This document shows, in pieces, positions 8,410 through 16,728 of a stretch of 64,000 nucleotides of DNA. The stretch spans positions 64,001-128,000 of the IMG/VR virus record IMGVR_UViG_3300006802_000073. One strand, 5' to 3'. The notes beneath the pieces are model-generated. The model had not been told where the DNA came from and did no database searches. It saw only the letters and a list, made by a program, of their open reading frames with translations. Positions within the stretch are counted from its first letter, which is position 1. Each line of letters starts with the position of its first letter. Source of the DNA: a virus. A program made the translations under genes and the position numbers.

Positions 8410-10902
8410 CTATGCGAAAAGAGATTCTAAACTAGCTTGTGGTCTAGCACTCCAACCTAAGCCTTGTAAAATTGTATTAATAGGTTCGATAAAAGATTTC
8501 TCAAACATTGTATCATAATCTACATAATCCGACAATGCTAATTCATCCGGAAGTTTTGACATAAACGCAATACAGTTTTCACTAATAGGATTGGGATCTT
8601 TCAAATAAAGAAACTTAATCTTATCTCCCTCTTGTATTTGTTCATACTTTTTATCTAAACGTTTCTTCTTTAAATAAAAGTTATATAACAAAGAGCCTCT
8701 CACATGCATAGGAGTTGCCAATTTATAAATTTTAGCACTATCGGTATATTTTTCTAATCCATTTACTCCACGAGGAAAAGCAATTTCATTTGAGGGAAGC
8801 TTCTTAAAATTAACTTCCAATTCCTCAATAAATTTATGTAAATCAGATTCTGTTTTTGTTAATGCAATCTTCACTGCTTCTTTTAATGCATCACGTACAG
8901 GCTCTGGTGTAGATGAACGAACAATTTCTAAACCCATAACTTTTAATTTGGGTTCTTCATATCTTACACCCTCATTATCATAAACATTCAACGCATAACG
9001 TTTCTTTGCTACCCAGATACCTCTATCACTAATAGCCTCACGCTTAAAATAAACCTTTTTATCAAAAGCATTTGTATATGCAGCCAATTCATCACATGCT
9101 GCATTAATAACTTGTACTATTTTATCTTCGCAGATCTTATCTAAAGAATTGATAAGTTTTTCTTTTGTTAGATTAGGTAAGAACTTTTTAACAAGAGGAT
9201 CTAATGTAATATAACATGAATCTGTATCACCATAAAACGCATAATCATGCTCTTCTGTTTTACAGATTTTATTCAGATAAACATTTAATGCTCTAGCTAC
9301 TTGTTGAATGATGTATTGACCTGTAATAGTAATACCTTCAGCAATTCTATCATCATAAAGACGAAACCATTCATTAGCCATAGCTCCAAATAGAGAATTT
9401 AGTTGAATCTTTCTTGCCATCTGAAAATTGTTATATTTAGCAATATCTTTTTGATATTTTTTATCTTTTGTTTCTTCATATTTCTTTTGTGCTGAAATCA
9501 TCTCTTTCTTATAGCGTTGTCTATCATCAAATAACTTTTGGACGATCTCAGGAAATAGTCCTTGTTTGCTGTTATCATAACAATATCCATTTGCTGCCAT
9601 ACAAATATTTTTTGTGATGAGATTTGTTGTATCATATCTTTCTTCTAACATTCCTTCAACAGTGGTATCATATGTAAGATTTACCATTGTTTCTGGTGAC
9701 ATATTATATTGCATAATAATAGATGGATAAAGTGATGTTGCATCAAAAGATACAACCCAATCATATTTTCCTGGACGAGGTTCTTTTACATATGCACCAA
9801 CAATTTGTCTACCCTTCTGATTAGAATCTCTCTGATGAACAACGATATTCTTATTCCAGCAATGATTATAGAGGATACAATCCCATGTACGGACTGCAGA
9901 AAAGATATCTGTAAAATTACATTTGGCATCATATGCCATAGTGATAATTAGTTCGATAAGTTTCATCTTATCTTCCAATTCATCTACTAGTTCAACGTCA
10001 ATTACATTATAATCAGTAAATTTTTGCCAATTTTTTGTATAAAATTCTTTAAAAGTATCATATTCATCATGAGAAAGTTTTTGTTTTCCCAATTCAACTT
10101 TAGCAATATAATCTAACTTATATGATTCTCTAGCAGTATAAGTAAACTTCTTATATAGATCTAAGTAATCTAAAGTTGAGATACCGACTAATTCAAATGA
10201 TGTTATCCGTTTATCATTGCGAGTAAAAGATTTGTCTTTGATGATATTCCATGGTGACAGTTTCTTTGATGCACCTTCACCTTTTAATCTTTCAATACGA
10301 TTGATAAGATAAGGGATGTCAAATATATCGCAGTTCCATCCGGTGATAACATCAGGATATGCTGTTTCAAAGAATTCGATAAATTTAGAAAGTAATGTGT
10401 ATTCATCTTTGCAAAGAATATATCTATGGTTTGATCGAGTAATTTTATAGGGGTTACATCCAAAAGTAATTAATTCTTTAGATGTATAATCTCTTACTGT
10501 AATGAGAATAACTTTCTCAATAGGATTATCTACATCTGGAAATCCATTATCTGCTGTTGTTTCAATATCGATAGAATAGATGCGTATTTGTGAGATATCA
10601 AATTGTATCTCATTTTTATAATTCTCAGTTATATATTGATATGCAAAATTTGTATTACCGAAGATATGAAAATTATCTACATCAGAATACATCTTTATAT
10701 ATTCTTTTGTATCATTTATATCTGAAAACTTGATAGGCTCTAGAATATCTCCAAAGAGAGATTTATATTGTGAAACATTTTTTGTTTTAACGAAGAGAGT
10801 AGGTGAAAAAGAATCTTTATACATAAAAGGCATACCTCTATCTATACCACGATAGAGGATCTTATTGCCATATTGTATTACACTAGTATAAAATTTTTGC
10901 AT
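8410..10902 (-). CDS. gp43: family B DNA polymerase (T4 gp43)
   Basis: DIET and GWNCDIFD exonuclease motifs, FDATSLYPS, KIQLNSLFG, YGDTDS, KKRY. Confidence 0.98.
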   Translation of the reverse strand: MQKFYTSVIQYGNKILYRGIDRGMPFMYKDSFSPTLFVKTKNVSQYKSLFGDILEPIKFSDINDTKEYIKMYSDVDNFHIFGNTNFAYQYITENYKNEIQFDISQIRIYSIDIETTADNGFPDVDNPIEKVILITVRDYTSKELITFGCNPYKITRSNHRYILCKDEYTLLSKFIEFFETAYPDVITGWNCDIFDIPYLINRIERLKGEGASKKLSPWNIIKDKSFTRNDKRITSFELVGISTLDYLDLYKKFTYTARESYKLDYIAKVELGKQKLSHDEYDTFKEFYTKNWQKFTDYNVIDVELVDELEDKMKLIELIITMAYDAKCNFTDIFSAVRTWDCILYNHCWNKNIVVHQRDSNQKGRQIVGAYVKEPRPGKYDWVVSFDATSLYPSIIMQYNMSPETMVNLTYDTTVEGMLEERYDTTNLITKNICMAANGYCYDNSKQGLFPEIVQKLFDDRQRYKKEMISAQKKYEETKDKKYQKDIAKYNNFQMARKIQLNSLFGAMANEWFRLYDDRIAEGITITGQYIIQQVARALNVYLNKICKTEEHDYAFYGDTDSCYITLDPLVKKFLPNLTKEKLINSLDKICEDKIVQVINAACDELAAYTNAFDKKVYFKREAISDRGIWVAKKRYALNVYDNEGVRYEEPKLKVMGLEIVRSSTPEPVRDALKEAVKIALTKTESDLHKFIEELEVNFKKLPSNEIAFPRGVNGLEKYTDSAKIYKLATPMHVRGSLLYNFYLKKKRLDKKYEQIQEGDKIKFLYLKDPNPISENCIAFMSKLPDELALSDYVDYDTMFEKSFIEPINTILQGLGWSARPQASLESLFA

Positions 10903-10910
10903 ATAAAGCT

Positions 10911-11081
10911 CTATACATCTAAATCTTTTTCTTTAGTTCTCACTTTTCGTTTTGCATGGTCTTCTTCTGATAGTTGTGCACTAATTGCCAAAGATTTATA
11001 GATACTTCTATCTTGCTTCAACATTGTTGCTAATAACCTCTTAGTGGTCTTTGAAAGTTTAAATGTGGAGGTAGCTTTCAT
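10911..11081 (-). CDS. 56-aa basic hypothetical protein (not in ORF track)
   Basis: MKATSTFKLSKTTKRLLATM...; fills the cd-gp43 gap, AGGAG RBS. Confidence 0.6.
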   Translation of the reverse strand: MKATSTFKLSKTTKRLLATMLKQDRSIYKSLAISAQLSEEDHAKRKVRTKEKDLDV

Positions 11082-11084
11082 TTA

Positions 11085-11513
11085 TTACTCCTGTAAATTA
11101 AGTAAATCAACGTTTACATTTGCTTCTTTAAATAATTTTTCTGATAACTCAAAACTTGTTTTCCATCTAGGTGAATCAGAGATTAACGAACATACACGAG
11201 TTATTCCTGATTGTATCACAATAGAGGCGCATCTTGAACATGGCATAAAGGGAAAAGTATAAAGTGTACAATTTTCTAAAGATCTTTGTGCAAAAAGAAT
11301 AGCATTAATCTCTCCATGAATGATAATCTCCAACTTTTCTTCTCTATTATTATAACGAGAAGAATGATCATGAACTGCTCGTGGAAATCCGTTATAACCA
11401 GTTGAAACAATTCTACGATTAGAATCTACAATAACAGCACCTACTTTTGTAGAAGGATCTTTAGACCATGAAGAAATTTCTTTTGCTAATTTCAAAAATC
11501 TTTCATCCCACAT
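11085..11513 (-). CDS. cd: dCMP deaminase
   Basis: SKDPSTKVGAVIV, TGYNGFP, HGEINA, PCSRC. Confidence 0.92.
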   Translation of the reverse strand: MWDERFLKLAKEISSWSKDPSTKVGAVIVDSNRRIVSTGYNGFPRAVHDHSSRYNNREEKLEIIIHGEINAILFAQRSLENCTLYTFPFMPCSRCASIVIQSGITRVCSLISDSPRWKTSFELSEKLFKEANVNVDLLNLQE

Positions 11514-11515
11514 AT

Positions 11516-11860
11516 TTACCCTCTACGCATTCTAGAAATTTCTTTAGCTTCATCAGTTGAAAAAATAGGTACAGCATTACTTTTATGCAATGTACCAATT
11601 CCAATCATAGCATCACCGGTATAGATGGGAATTGGTTTTTTAAATGTATCACCGTTAGATGATGTTATCGAAGGCAAAGATTTATAAACAGATGCGTCTG
11701 TACGAATAATAGGAGATGGTTGTACTTTCAATGGAGTGAAACTTGATCTCCTTTTTTCGATAGTGCCACCAATAGTTTGTTGAGATTTAATCCAACGGTC
11801 TTTTTGCTTTTGTTTCTGTTTACGTGTAAGTTTAGAACTCTGATTAGTATAGATCAACAT
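11516..11860 (-). CDS. conserved phage hypothetical protein
   Basis: C-terminal YTGDAMIGIGTLHKSNAVPIF...ISRMRR typical of T4-superfamily small proteins. Confidence 0.65.
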   Translation of the reverse strand: MLIYTNQSSKLTRKQKQKQKDRWIKSQQTIGGTIEKRRSSFTPLKVQPSPIIRTDASVYKSLPSITSSNGDTFKKPIPIYTGDAMIGIGTLHKSNAVPIFSTDEAKEISRMRRG

Positions 11861-11863
11861 ATA

Positions 11864-12070
11864 TCACCAATATCCATCACCAGCAGATGCAACATATTGA
11901 TAAACCTTCACAGGATTTTCTTCCCATGCTTCAGCTGGTGTTTTACCTAAAAAATGAGAATTTTTTCTTTGCCACCATTCTTCAACATTTCTATCTCCAA
12001 GAAGAGCAACTAAATACGCATTGGTTTCACGCAACATTCTTTTCTTTTCAAGCTTATCTCGATCTAACAT
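11864..12070 (-). CDS. stand-alone MbcA/ParS/Xre antitoxin-like C-terminal domain
   Basis: LLGDRNVEEWWQRKNSHFLGKTPAE...VYQYV fits W-x3-N-x2-(L/F)-GxTP pattern. Confidence 0.55.
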   Translation of the reverse strand: MLDRDKLEKKRMLRETNAYLVALLGDRNVEEWWQRKNSHFLGKTPAEAWEENPVKVYQYVASAGDGYW

Positions 12071-12080
12071 AATGATCTCC

Positions 12081-12088
12081 TATAAATA
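12081..12088 (+). promoter_or_regulatory. T4-type late promoter for plus-strand HNH gene
   Basis: TATAAATA 44 nt upstream of ATG 12133. Confidence 0.7.
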
Positions 12089-12090
12089 CA

Positions 12091-12119
12091 ATTATAATAA
12101 AATAATTTGTTTATGTCAA
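12091..12119 (-). promoter_or_regulatory. sigma70-type early promoter (17-bp spacer)
   Basis: TTGACA-N17-TATAAT. Confidence 0.8.
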
Positions 12120-12132
12120 GTGGAATTTATAT

Positions 12133-12405
12133 ATGAAAAAGGAACGTATAACTAAAAATTTACGTAGAATGGTTATAGAGCGTGATGGACAAAGATGTGT
12201 CTTTTGTGGAGTTGATTTAGAGATCAATGAGATACAATTGGATCATGTTATACCGGAAAGCCAAGGAGGATCAACATCGTTTGGTAATCTTCAAGTAACA
12301 TGTAAAAAATGTAATACAGAAAAAGGTGTTCTAACTGAAGAACAGTTTCTTAACAAATTAAGAACACGAGCAATTAATATTCTCAATCGTATTGGTTATA
12401 CTTAA
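12133..12405 (+). CDS. small HNH endonuclease
   Basis: RDGQRCVFCG...LDHVIPESQGG...NLQVTCKKCN. Confidence 0.9.
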   Translation: MKKERITKNLRRMVIERDGQRCVFCGVDLEINEIQLDHVIPESQGGSTSFGNLQVTCKKCNTEKGVLTEEQFLNKLRTRAINILNRIGYT

Positions 12406-12407
12406 AT

Positions 12408-12719
12408 CTAAGTATGCTCTATAATCTTAATACCAGCAGCTTTAAGCGCACTCTGACAGATTAGACATGGTTTAGCTAACATTGGATTCCCCTTTTTATC
12501 CCATCGACTCACAAAAATTTTATATGCTCTATGTAATTGTTTACACCGTACTATAGAATGAATCTCTGCATGTAGAAACATCTTTTCATGTAGACCAACT
12601 TCATTAGCATATTTTGCTTGCATTGGATGTGTCTTAAGGTATTGGTTTTTGCCTACTGACAACACTCTACCACGTTTATCATAAATTATAGCAGTGATAT
12701 TTTGCTTAGTTTTCGACAT
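12408..12719 (-). CDS. cytidine-deaminase-superfamily Zn protein
   Basis: HAEIH...AKPCLIC. Confidence 0.75.
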   Translation of the reverse strand: MSKTKQNITAIIYDKRGRVLSVGKNQYLKTHPMQAKYANEVGLHEKMFLHAEIHSIVRCKQLHRAYKIFVSRWDKKGNPMLAKPCLICQSALKAAGIKIIEHT

Positions 12720-12855
12720 TCTTTTTCAACGACCTTTCCTTAATCAATGCAATGACTGCAAAAACGCACGAAAGAAGAAAATAATTCGTGTTACCTGTTG
12801 CTAGAAATGTAAGTGTAAGAATTATAATGATAGTATAAAGAATGATAAGCCCCAT
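12706..12855 (-). CDS. 49-aa two-TM membrane peptide (not in ORF track)
   Basis: MGLIILYTIIIILTLTFLATGNTNYFLLSCVFAVIALIKERS...; AGGAG RBS. Confidence 0.5.
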   Translation of the reverse strand: MGLIILYTIIIILTLTFLATGNTNYFLLSCVFAVIALIKERSLKKNVEN

Positions 12856-12858
12856 GAA

Positions 12859-13119
12859 TTAACTCCTTTCAGGAAAAAGTGTATCAAACACATATTGTGG
12901 TCCATATGTACTGAAGATTTTTGCCATTTCACTACCCTTATACGACCAAATTCCACAGTTCAATCCATCAGCAAGAAACCCCCAACTATGACTAACCTTA
13001 TCAGGATCATCTTCTACATTAGGGGGAAACCCTAAGATATTTTCAATCTCATCTGCACTATAACCTCTAATAGTGCCAGTACGATATGGGCCAGTGATAT
13101 TTACGGGCATAATATTCAT
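12859..13119 (-). CDS. hypothetical early protein
   Basis: AAGGAG RBS, directly after promoter 13153-13180. Confidence 0.7.
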   Translation of the reverse strand: MNIMPVNITGPYRTGTIRGYSADEIENILGFPPNVEDDPDKVSHSWGFLADGLNCGIWSYKGSEMAKIFSTYGPQYVFDTLFPERS

Positions 13120-13152
13120 TGTCTAGCTCCTTGTCATCAACAGTATACCGTC

Positions 13153-13180
13153 ATTATACAGAAATCTAACTAAATGTCAA
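13153..13180 (-). promoter_or_regulatory. sigma70-type early promoter (16-bp spacer class)
   Basis: TTGACA-TTTAGTTAGATTTCTG-TATAAT; promoter and leader nearly duplicated at ~14495-14550. Confidence 0.85.
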
Positions 13181-13189
13181 GCAGAATTT

Positions 13190-13315
13190 TTACCCAGACA
13201 CAGACCTAGACCTAGACCTAGACCTAGACCAAGACCCAGACACAGACCTAGACCCAGACCTAGACCTAGACTCAGACCTAGACCTAGAGTATTTTTGTAA
13301 TCTAGAACGAATCAT
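13190..13315 (-). CDS. 41-aa Ser-X (RS-like) repeat microprotein (not in ORF track)
   Basis: MIRSRLQKYSRSRSESRSRSGSRSVSGSWSRSRSRSRSVSG*; ATG overlaps TGA of the upstream Sm-like gene; TAA immediately after the last repeat. Confidence 0.65.
   Translation of the reverse strand: MIRSRLQKYSRSRSESRSRSGSRSVSGSWSRSRSRSRSVSG
13193..13288 (-). repeat. tandem array of 16 hexamers TCT-NNG
   Basis: TCT invariant; second triplet AGG (9x), GGG (3x), GTG (2x), GAG, TGG. Confidence 0.95.
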
Positions 13316-13575
13316 TTTAGAATACCAAAACTTTCAATAGTTGAAATTTGCACATACCAGTCATTGGGTAATTTTTGTGCATCTCTCCAATTCTTTTCAG
13401 AAAAAGAACCGGTTTCGTAAACGATTGCTGCATCTTCTAATAGAACACAAGAATCGTTCACACCTACGAGTTTGCCTGTGTAGATATAATTCATACAGAA
13501 TAATGTTACACGCTCACCCATTAGCTTAACAAGACCTTCGCCTGCAACTTCAGTCACATTTACAATCTTTTTCAT
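13312..13575 (-). CDS. Sm/LSm-fold protein
   Basis: Sm1-like LMGERVTLFCMNYIYTGKLVGVNDSCVLLEDA and Sm2-like WYVQISTIESF; AGGAG RBS. Confidence 0.65.
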   Translation of the reverse strand: MKKIVNVTEVAGEGLVKLMGERVTLFCMNYIYTGKLVGVNDSCVLLEDAAIVYETGSFSEKNWRDAQKLPNDWYVQISTIESFGILK

Positions 13576-13590
13576 AATATATCTCCTAAA

Positions 13591-13794
13591 TTAATATCGA
13601 GTACCAAACCGCCTATTATAAGCAGAATAAAAATTAATAATAAAGTCCTCTACATCAGAGGTTTTTAGATCGGATGTATTGGTCATCCAATCCATTCTCC
13701 CCAAAAAGAATGCATAAGCTGACCTCGGTCCACCACCAGGACCATCATGTATAATCTGCAAATAATCCAGTGTCTGATCATCAAACTCAATCAT
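13591..13794 (-). CDS. hypothetical protein
   Basis: ORF in tightly packed early cluster, GGAG RBS. Confidence 0.6.
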   Translation of the reverse strand: MIEFDDQTLDYLQIIHDGPGGGPRSAYAFFLGRMDWMTNTSDLKTSDVEDFIINFYSAYNRRFGTRY

Positions 13795-13964
13795 TATTGA
13801 TTCTCCAATATATCGGCAGTATAATCACCGTAAAGATAACTCAAAGTTTTCCAGACTGAATCCTTGACAGAATTATATTCTCGATGATTAGTGTAGATCC
13901 ACTTGAAGAACGCATCGTCACCTCGTTCCTCTGCATACTTTTCTGCACGAATCAAAAAGTCCAT
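13794..13964 (-). CDS. 56-aa hypothetical protein (not in ORF track)
   Basis: MDFLIRAEKYAEERGDDAFFKWIY...; TAATG overlap with next gene. Confidence 0.55.
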   Translation of the reverse strand: MDFLIRAEKYAEERGDDAFFKWIYTNHREYNSVKDSVWKTLSYLYGDYTADILENQ

Positions 13965-13966
13965 TA

Positions 13967-14200
13967 TTAGATAGCCCCCTTAAGAATTTTCTCAACCAAC
14001 TTTTGCTCTATTTCTTGAGCAGACTTGAGCATGCTCTCAATCAACTCTTTCTGATTCTTCTTAGACAGCTTAGGTAAAAGATGAATAATGACGCTTTCCA
14101 GATATCCTGCCTCAAACCCATATGATTTGTAATACCTACTAGCAGAATCGCTAAAACATTTAAGAACATTATTCAACGTTTCTTGATTTTCAGTGTACAT
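13967..14200 (-). CDS. hypothetical early protein
   Basis: GAGGAG RBS after promoter 14231. Confidence 0.7.
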   Translation of the reverse strand: MYTENQETLNNVLKCFSDSASRYYKSYGFEAGYLESVIIHLLPKLSKKNQKELIESMLKSAQEIEQKLVEKILKGAI

Positions 14201-14230
14201 TCAGAACTCCTCATCAACGATTCAGACTTA

Positions 14231-14258
14231 ATTATACATGAATCTAACTAAATGTCAA
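14231..14258 (-). promoter_or_regulatory. sigma70-type early promoter (16-bp spacer class)
   Basis: TTGACA-TTTAGTTAGATTCATG-TATAAT. Confidence 0.85.
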
Positions 14259-14279
14259 GCGTTTTTTGCATCAGCTAAC

Positions 14280-14486
14280 TCATTGATTTTCCGAAGTAAT
14301 TTCAGTTTCATCAATGAGAACACGCACTGTGGGTTCGCTCCTCCAACGTAATTGGACGGGGTTGTCTAAGTTAACAGTATATTGTACCTTGCCACCATAT
14401 TTTACACGGCTTGACTCAATGACACCAGAAACCATTACACCCAGATAATTGGCAGTAATGTGCTTACCATCTTTAATCCAGCCCAT
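14280..14486 (-). CDS. small beta-rich hypothetical protein
   Basis: own promoter and AAGGA RBS. Confidence 0.7.
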   Translation of the reverse strand: MGWIKDGKHITANYLGVMVSGVIESSRVKYGGKVQYTVNLDNPVQLRWRSEPTVRVLIDETEITSENQ

Positions 14487-14518
14487 TTACTTTTCCTTGT
14501 CATCAACAGTATACCGTT

Positions 14519-14546
14519 ATTATACATGGATCTAACTATCTGTCAA
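14519..14546 (-). promoter_or_regulatory. sigma70-type early promoter (16-bp spacer class)
   Basis: TTGACA-GATAGTTAGATCCATG-TATAAT. Confidence 0.85.
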
Positions 14547-14589
14547 GCAGTTTCTTACACCAGCTAACTCATTGATTTACAAGTATTTT

Positions 14590-15252
14590 TCAATCCCACA
14601 AGCTCTGATAGTATTTTCCGAACAATCTTAAACCGTTATCGATTCTATCTTGATGCTTTTTTGTACCTTCCCAATCACATTCACCTTTTACCTTCCAACG
14701 AATTGGTATAGTTTCTTTTCCTTCATCCTCTGGATAATCTTCAAGATCTAATTCAGGTTTTACTAACCAATATTGATCTGCCCAATCAATATTAAGTTGT
14801 TCAAATGCCCAAATCATCTCTTCTAAAACCCAATCCCAACGATCATGAACATCACATTGAATATTTTGTTTGCATAGATCTGGATCATTGTAGAAATCAA
14901 ATGTTTCTTGGCATTCATAGTTTTCTGTTGTAGTAAATCGCATTTTTTCTGGAACATCATCTAGATCAACGATACCTGAACCATGTTTAGTATCTTTTAA
15001 TTGTTTCAGCATTGGAAGAATAATTAATGCTAGAGTAGAATCCATACCCCACGTATCGTATTTGTGTATATTAATTTTAATTTTTCTTTTCTTCTTACTA
15101 TAAATCCAAGTAAAGACTTTATTCACCCATGTTTTGGATAACCAGTCACCTACTGTATTGCAACGATCTTCACTTACACCGACTTTTTGTAAAAGATCTG
15201 CAAGTTGATAGGGACCAAAATAATCTTTGTAAGGTCCAATATATACTTTCAT
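14590..15252 (-). CDS. conserved phage hypothetical protein
   Basis: DTWGMDSTLALIILPMLKQLK...WDWVLEEMIWAF...GLRLFGKYYQSLWD. Confidence 0.75.
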   Translation of the reverse strand: MKVYIGPYKDYFGPYQLADLLQKVGVSEDRCNTVGDWLSKTWVNKVFTWIYSKKKRKIKINIHKYDTWGMDSTLALIILPMLKQLKDTKHGSGIVDLDDVPEKMRFTTTENYECQETFDFYNDPDLCKQNIQCDVHDRWDWVLEEMIWAFEQLNIDWADQYWLVKPELDLEDYPEDEGKETIPIRWKVKGECDWEGTKKHQDRIDNGLRLFGKYYQSLWD

Positions 15253-15371
15253 TTAATTATAATCCATGTAATATATGATATTGTTACAAATATCACAATC
15301 CATTCTATAACAGTAAATTTTTCTGTTAGTTTAAAATAGAAATTAGCAATCTTAATTTGCCACGGTTTCAT
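15249..15371 (-). CDS. 40-aa membrane peptide (not in ORF track)
   Basis: MKPWQIKIANFYFKLTEKFTVIEWIVIFVTISYITWIIIK*; ATGA overlaps on both sides. Confidence 0.45.
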   Translation of the reverse strand: MKPWQIKIANFYFKLTEKFTVIEWIVIFVTISYITWIIIK

Positions 15372-15556
15372 GTGTTTATGTCAATTTTATTTTCATAATT
15401 CTCTTCAATTATACCTTTTGAATTGTAGAGAATATAGTTAATAAAATGTTTAGGTGAATTGTTATTAACGGAAATAAACTTATGTATTTCAGTTTCTTTA
15501 TCAGTTGTTCTTGTATAATTTGAAATAATTGTTATTGGTGTAATCGGATCAATCAT
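15368..15556 (-). CDS. hypothetical protein
   Basis: overlapping ORF chain. Confidence 0.5.
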   Translation of the reverse strand: MIDPITPITIISNYTRTTDKETEIHKFISVNNNSPKHFINYILYNSKGIIEENYENKIDINT

Positions 15557-15818
15557 TTTCTTCTTTTTTTATAGTTGTAGTAAATCGATCATTCCATTTA
15601 TTTTTAAGATTCCAATAATCTTTACAATGATCCTCAAACATTTCAAAAAGTTTTTCAAATTTCAAATTATAAAGACGTTCTATACCTAAAAGAATATTAG
15701 AAATTTCATCAACACTTAGATCACGCTCCAACACAGCTTCATTGAGCATTTTTAAATCTTCAACAATATTCCAACAATGCATTATACTTTGTTCTAGATC
15801 AAAAATATCTTTCTTCAT
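15549..15818 (-). CDS. hypothetical protein
   Basis: DIFDLEQSIMHCWNIVEDL...NILLGI..LY..KFEKLF. Confidence 0.65.
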   Translation of the reverse strand: MKKDIFDLEQSIMHCWNIVEDLKMLNEAVLERDLSVDEISNILLGIERLYNLKFEKLFEMFEDHCKDYWNLKNKWNDRFTTTIKKEEND

Positions 15819-16374
15819 TTTTTTCTCCCTCTAAATCGTTTATATAATCAGCAACAGATTGTTCTCCATACAGTTCTTTGCCATGTTCTACACAAAGTGT
15901 ACGCATCCAACCCATATTGAACACATGAACATCTTTTGTTGTACCACATTGTTCACATACTGAATAACTAATACTTTCTACAATAGCAATCGTTTGATGT
16001 TGTTCATCAGTTGCAGATTGAACATAAAAACGTAGCCCACCATACTTTTCTTTAACTTGTAAGGCTACAGGAATATGACACTCATCTAATTCTTGTTTGC
16101 GTTTTTCTAGGTTTTCCTGAGTATATTTTTGATGATGCCATTCACGCCAAGCAGATTTATCTTTTACTTCGAGCATTTGTTTATAATGATCATAATCTTG
16201 CTTAGCTAGAGTATAATCACGCATTAGTTGCTGACAAAGAAAACGAATGATACTATACCAACCGTCACCAATATCAAAGCCCCAACACATTGCTGTAGAG
16301 CGTTTATCTGCATAGCGATTTTTGAAAATTTCAGGAAATTCTTTACACAGCTTTTGATCTAGATTAGGACTCAT
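15799..16374 (-). CDS. conserved phage hypothetical protein with Zn-ribbon
   Basis: GFDIGDGW, QVKEKYGGLRFY, CEQCG, GWMRTLC. Confidence 0.7.
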   Translation of the reverse strand: MSPNLDQKLCKEFPEIFKNRYADKRSTAMCWGFDIGDGWYSIIRFLCQQLMRDYTLAKQDYDHYKQMLEVKDKSAWREWHHQKYTQENLEKRKQELDECHIPVALQVKEKYGGLRFYVQSATDEQHQTIAIVESISYSVCEQCGTTKDVHVFNMGWMRTLCVEHGKELYGEQSVADYINDLEGEKNEERYF

Positions 16375-16525
16375 TTTTCTTTCTTAAAGAGAACGAACCA
16401 TCGTTATTGTTAATCCATTCTATAGTATCGCCTATATTCCATCCTAAGGTTTCGCATATCTCATCGCCTAGTGGAAGTATCAGATCACCATTTTCATCTT
16501 GTTCTAGTTGAATTATTTTTTTCAT
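16364..16525 (-). CDS. AbrB/MazE/SpoVT-like 53-aa protein (not in ORF track)
   Basis: DENGDLILPLGDEICETLGWNIGDTIEW...GSFSLRK swapped-hairpin pattern. Confidence 0.65.
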   Translation of the reverse strand: MKKIIQLEQDENGDLILPLGDEICETLGWNIGDTIEWINNNDGSFSLRKKNES

Positions 16526-16728
16526 CATTCGGCTCCAAAATCTCGTTTGATCATAAACTTCACATAATCGATATCGCCCGAATCATCGATGTATGATAAA
16601 CATTGTTTCAAAATCAACTCGGCAAACTTTATCGTTTCTTTTTCACTCAAACGCCATTCTCCTTCACCATCATACGATAGCATGCCATTGGCGGCTTGAT
16701 AAGCAAGTTCTCTAATTCGTTCGTTCAT
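16525..16728 (-). CDS. MNERI-family paralog 1
   Basis: MNERIREL...KFAELILKQC...DFGAE. Confidence 0.75.
   Translation of the reverse strand: MNERIRELAYQAANGMLSYDGEGEWRLSEKETIKFAELILKQCLSYIDDSGDIDYVKFMIKRDFGAE

Noticed and set aside
5709-10902. Inteins/introns in gp41, uvsX or gp43, or stop-codon reassignment
   Set aside because: The genes have normal lengths and uninterrupted motifs under the standard code; no suppressor tRNA was found.
13193-13288. Hexamer array as a CRISPR or iteron array
   Set aside because: Period is 6 nt with no spacers, no cas or rep gene, and it lies in a coupled open frame.
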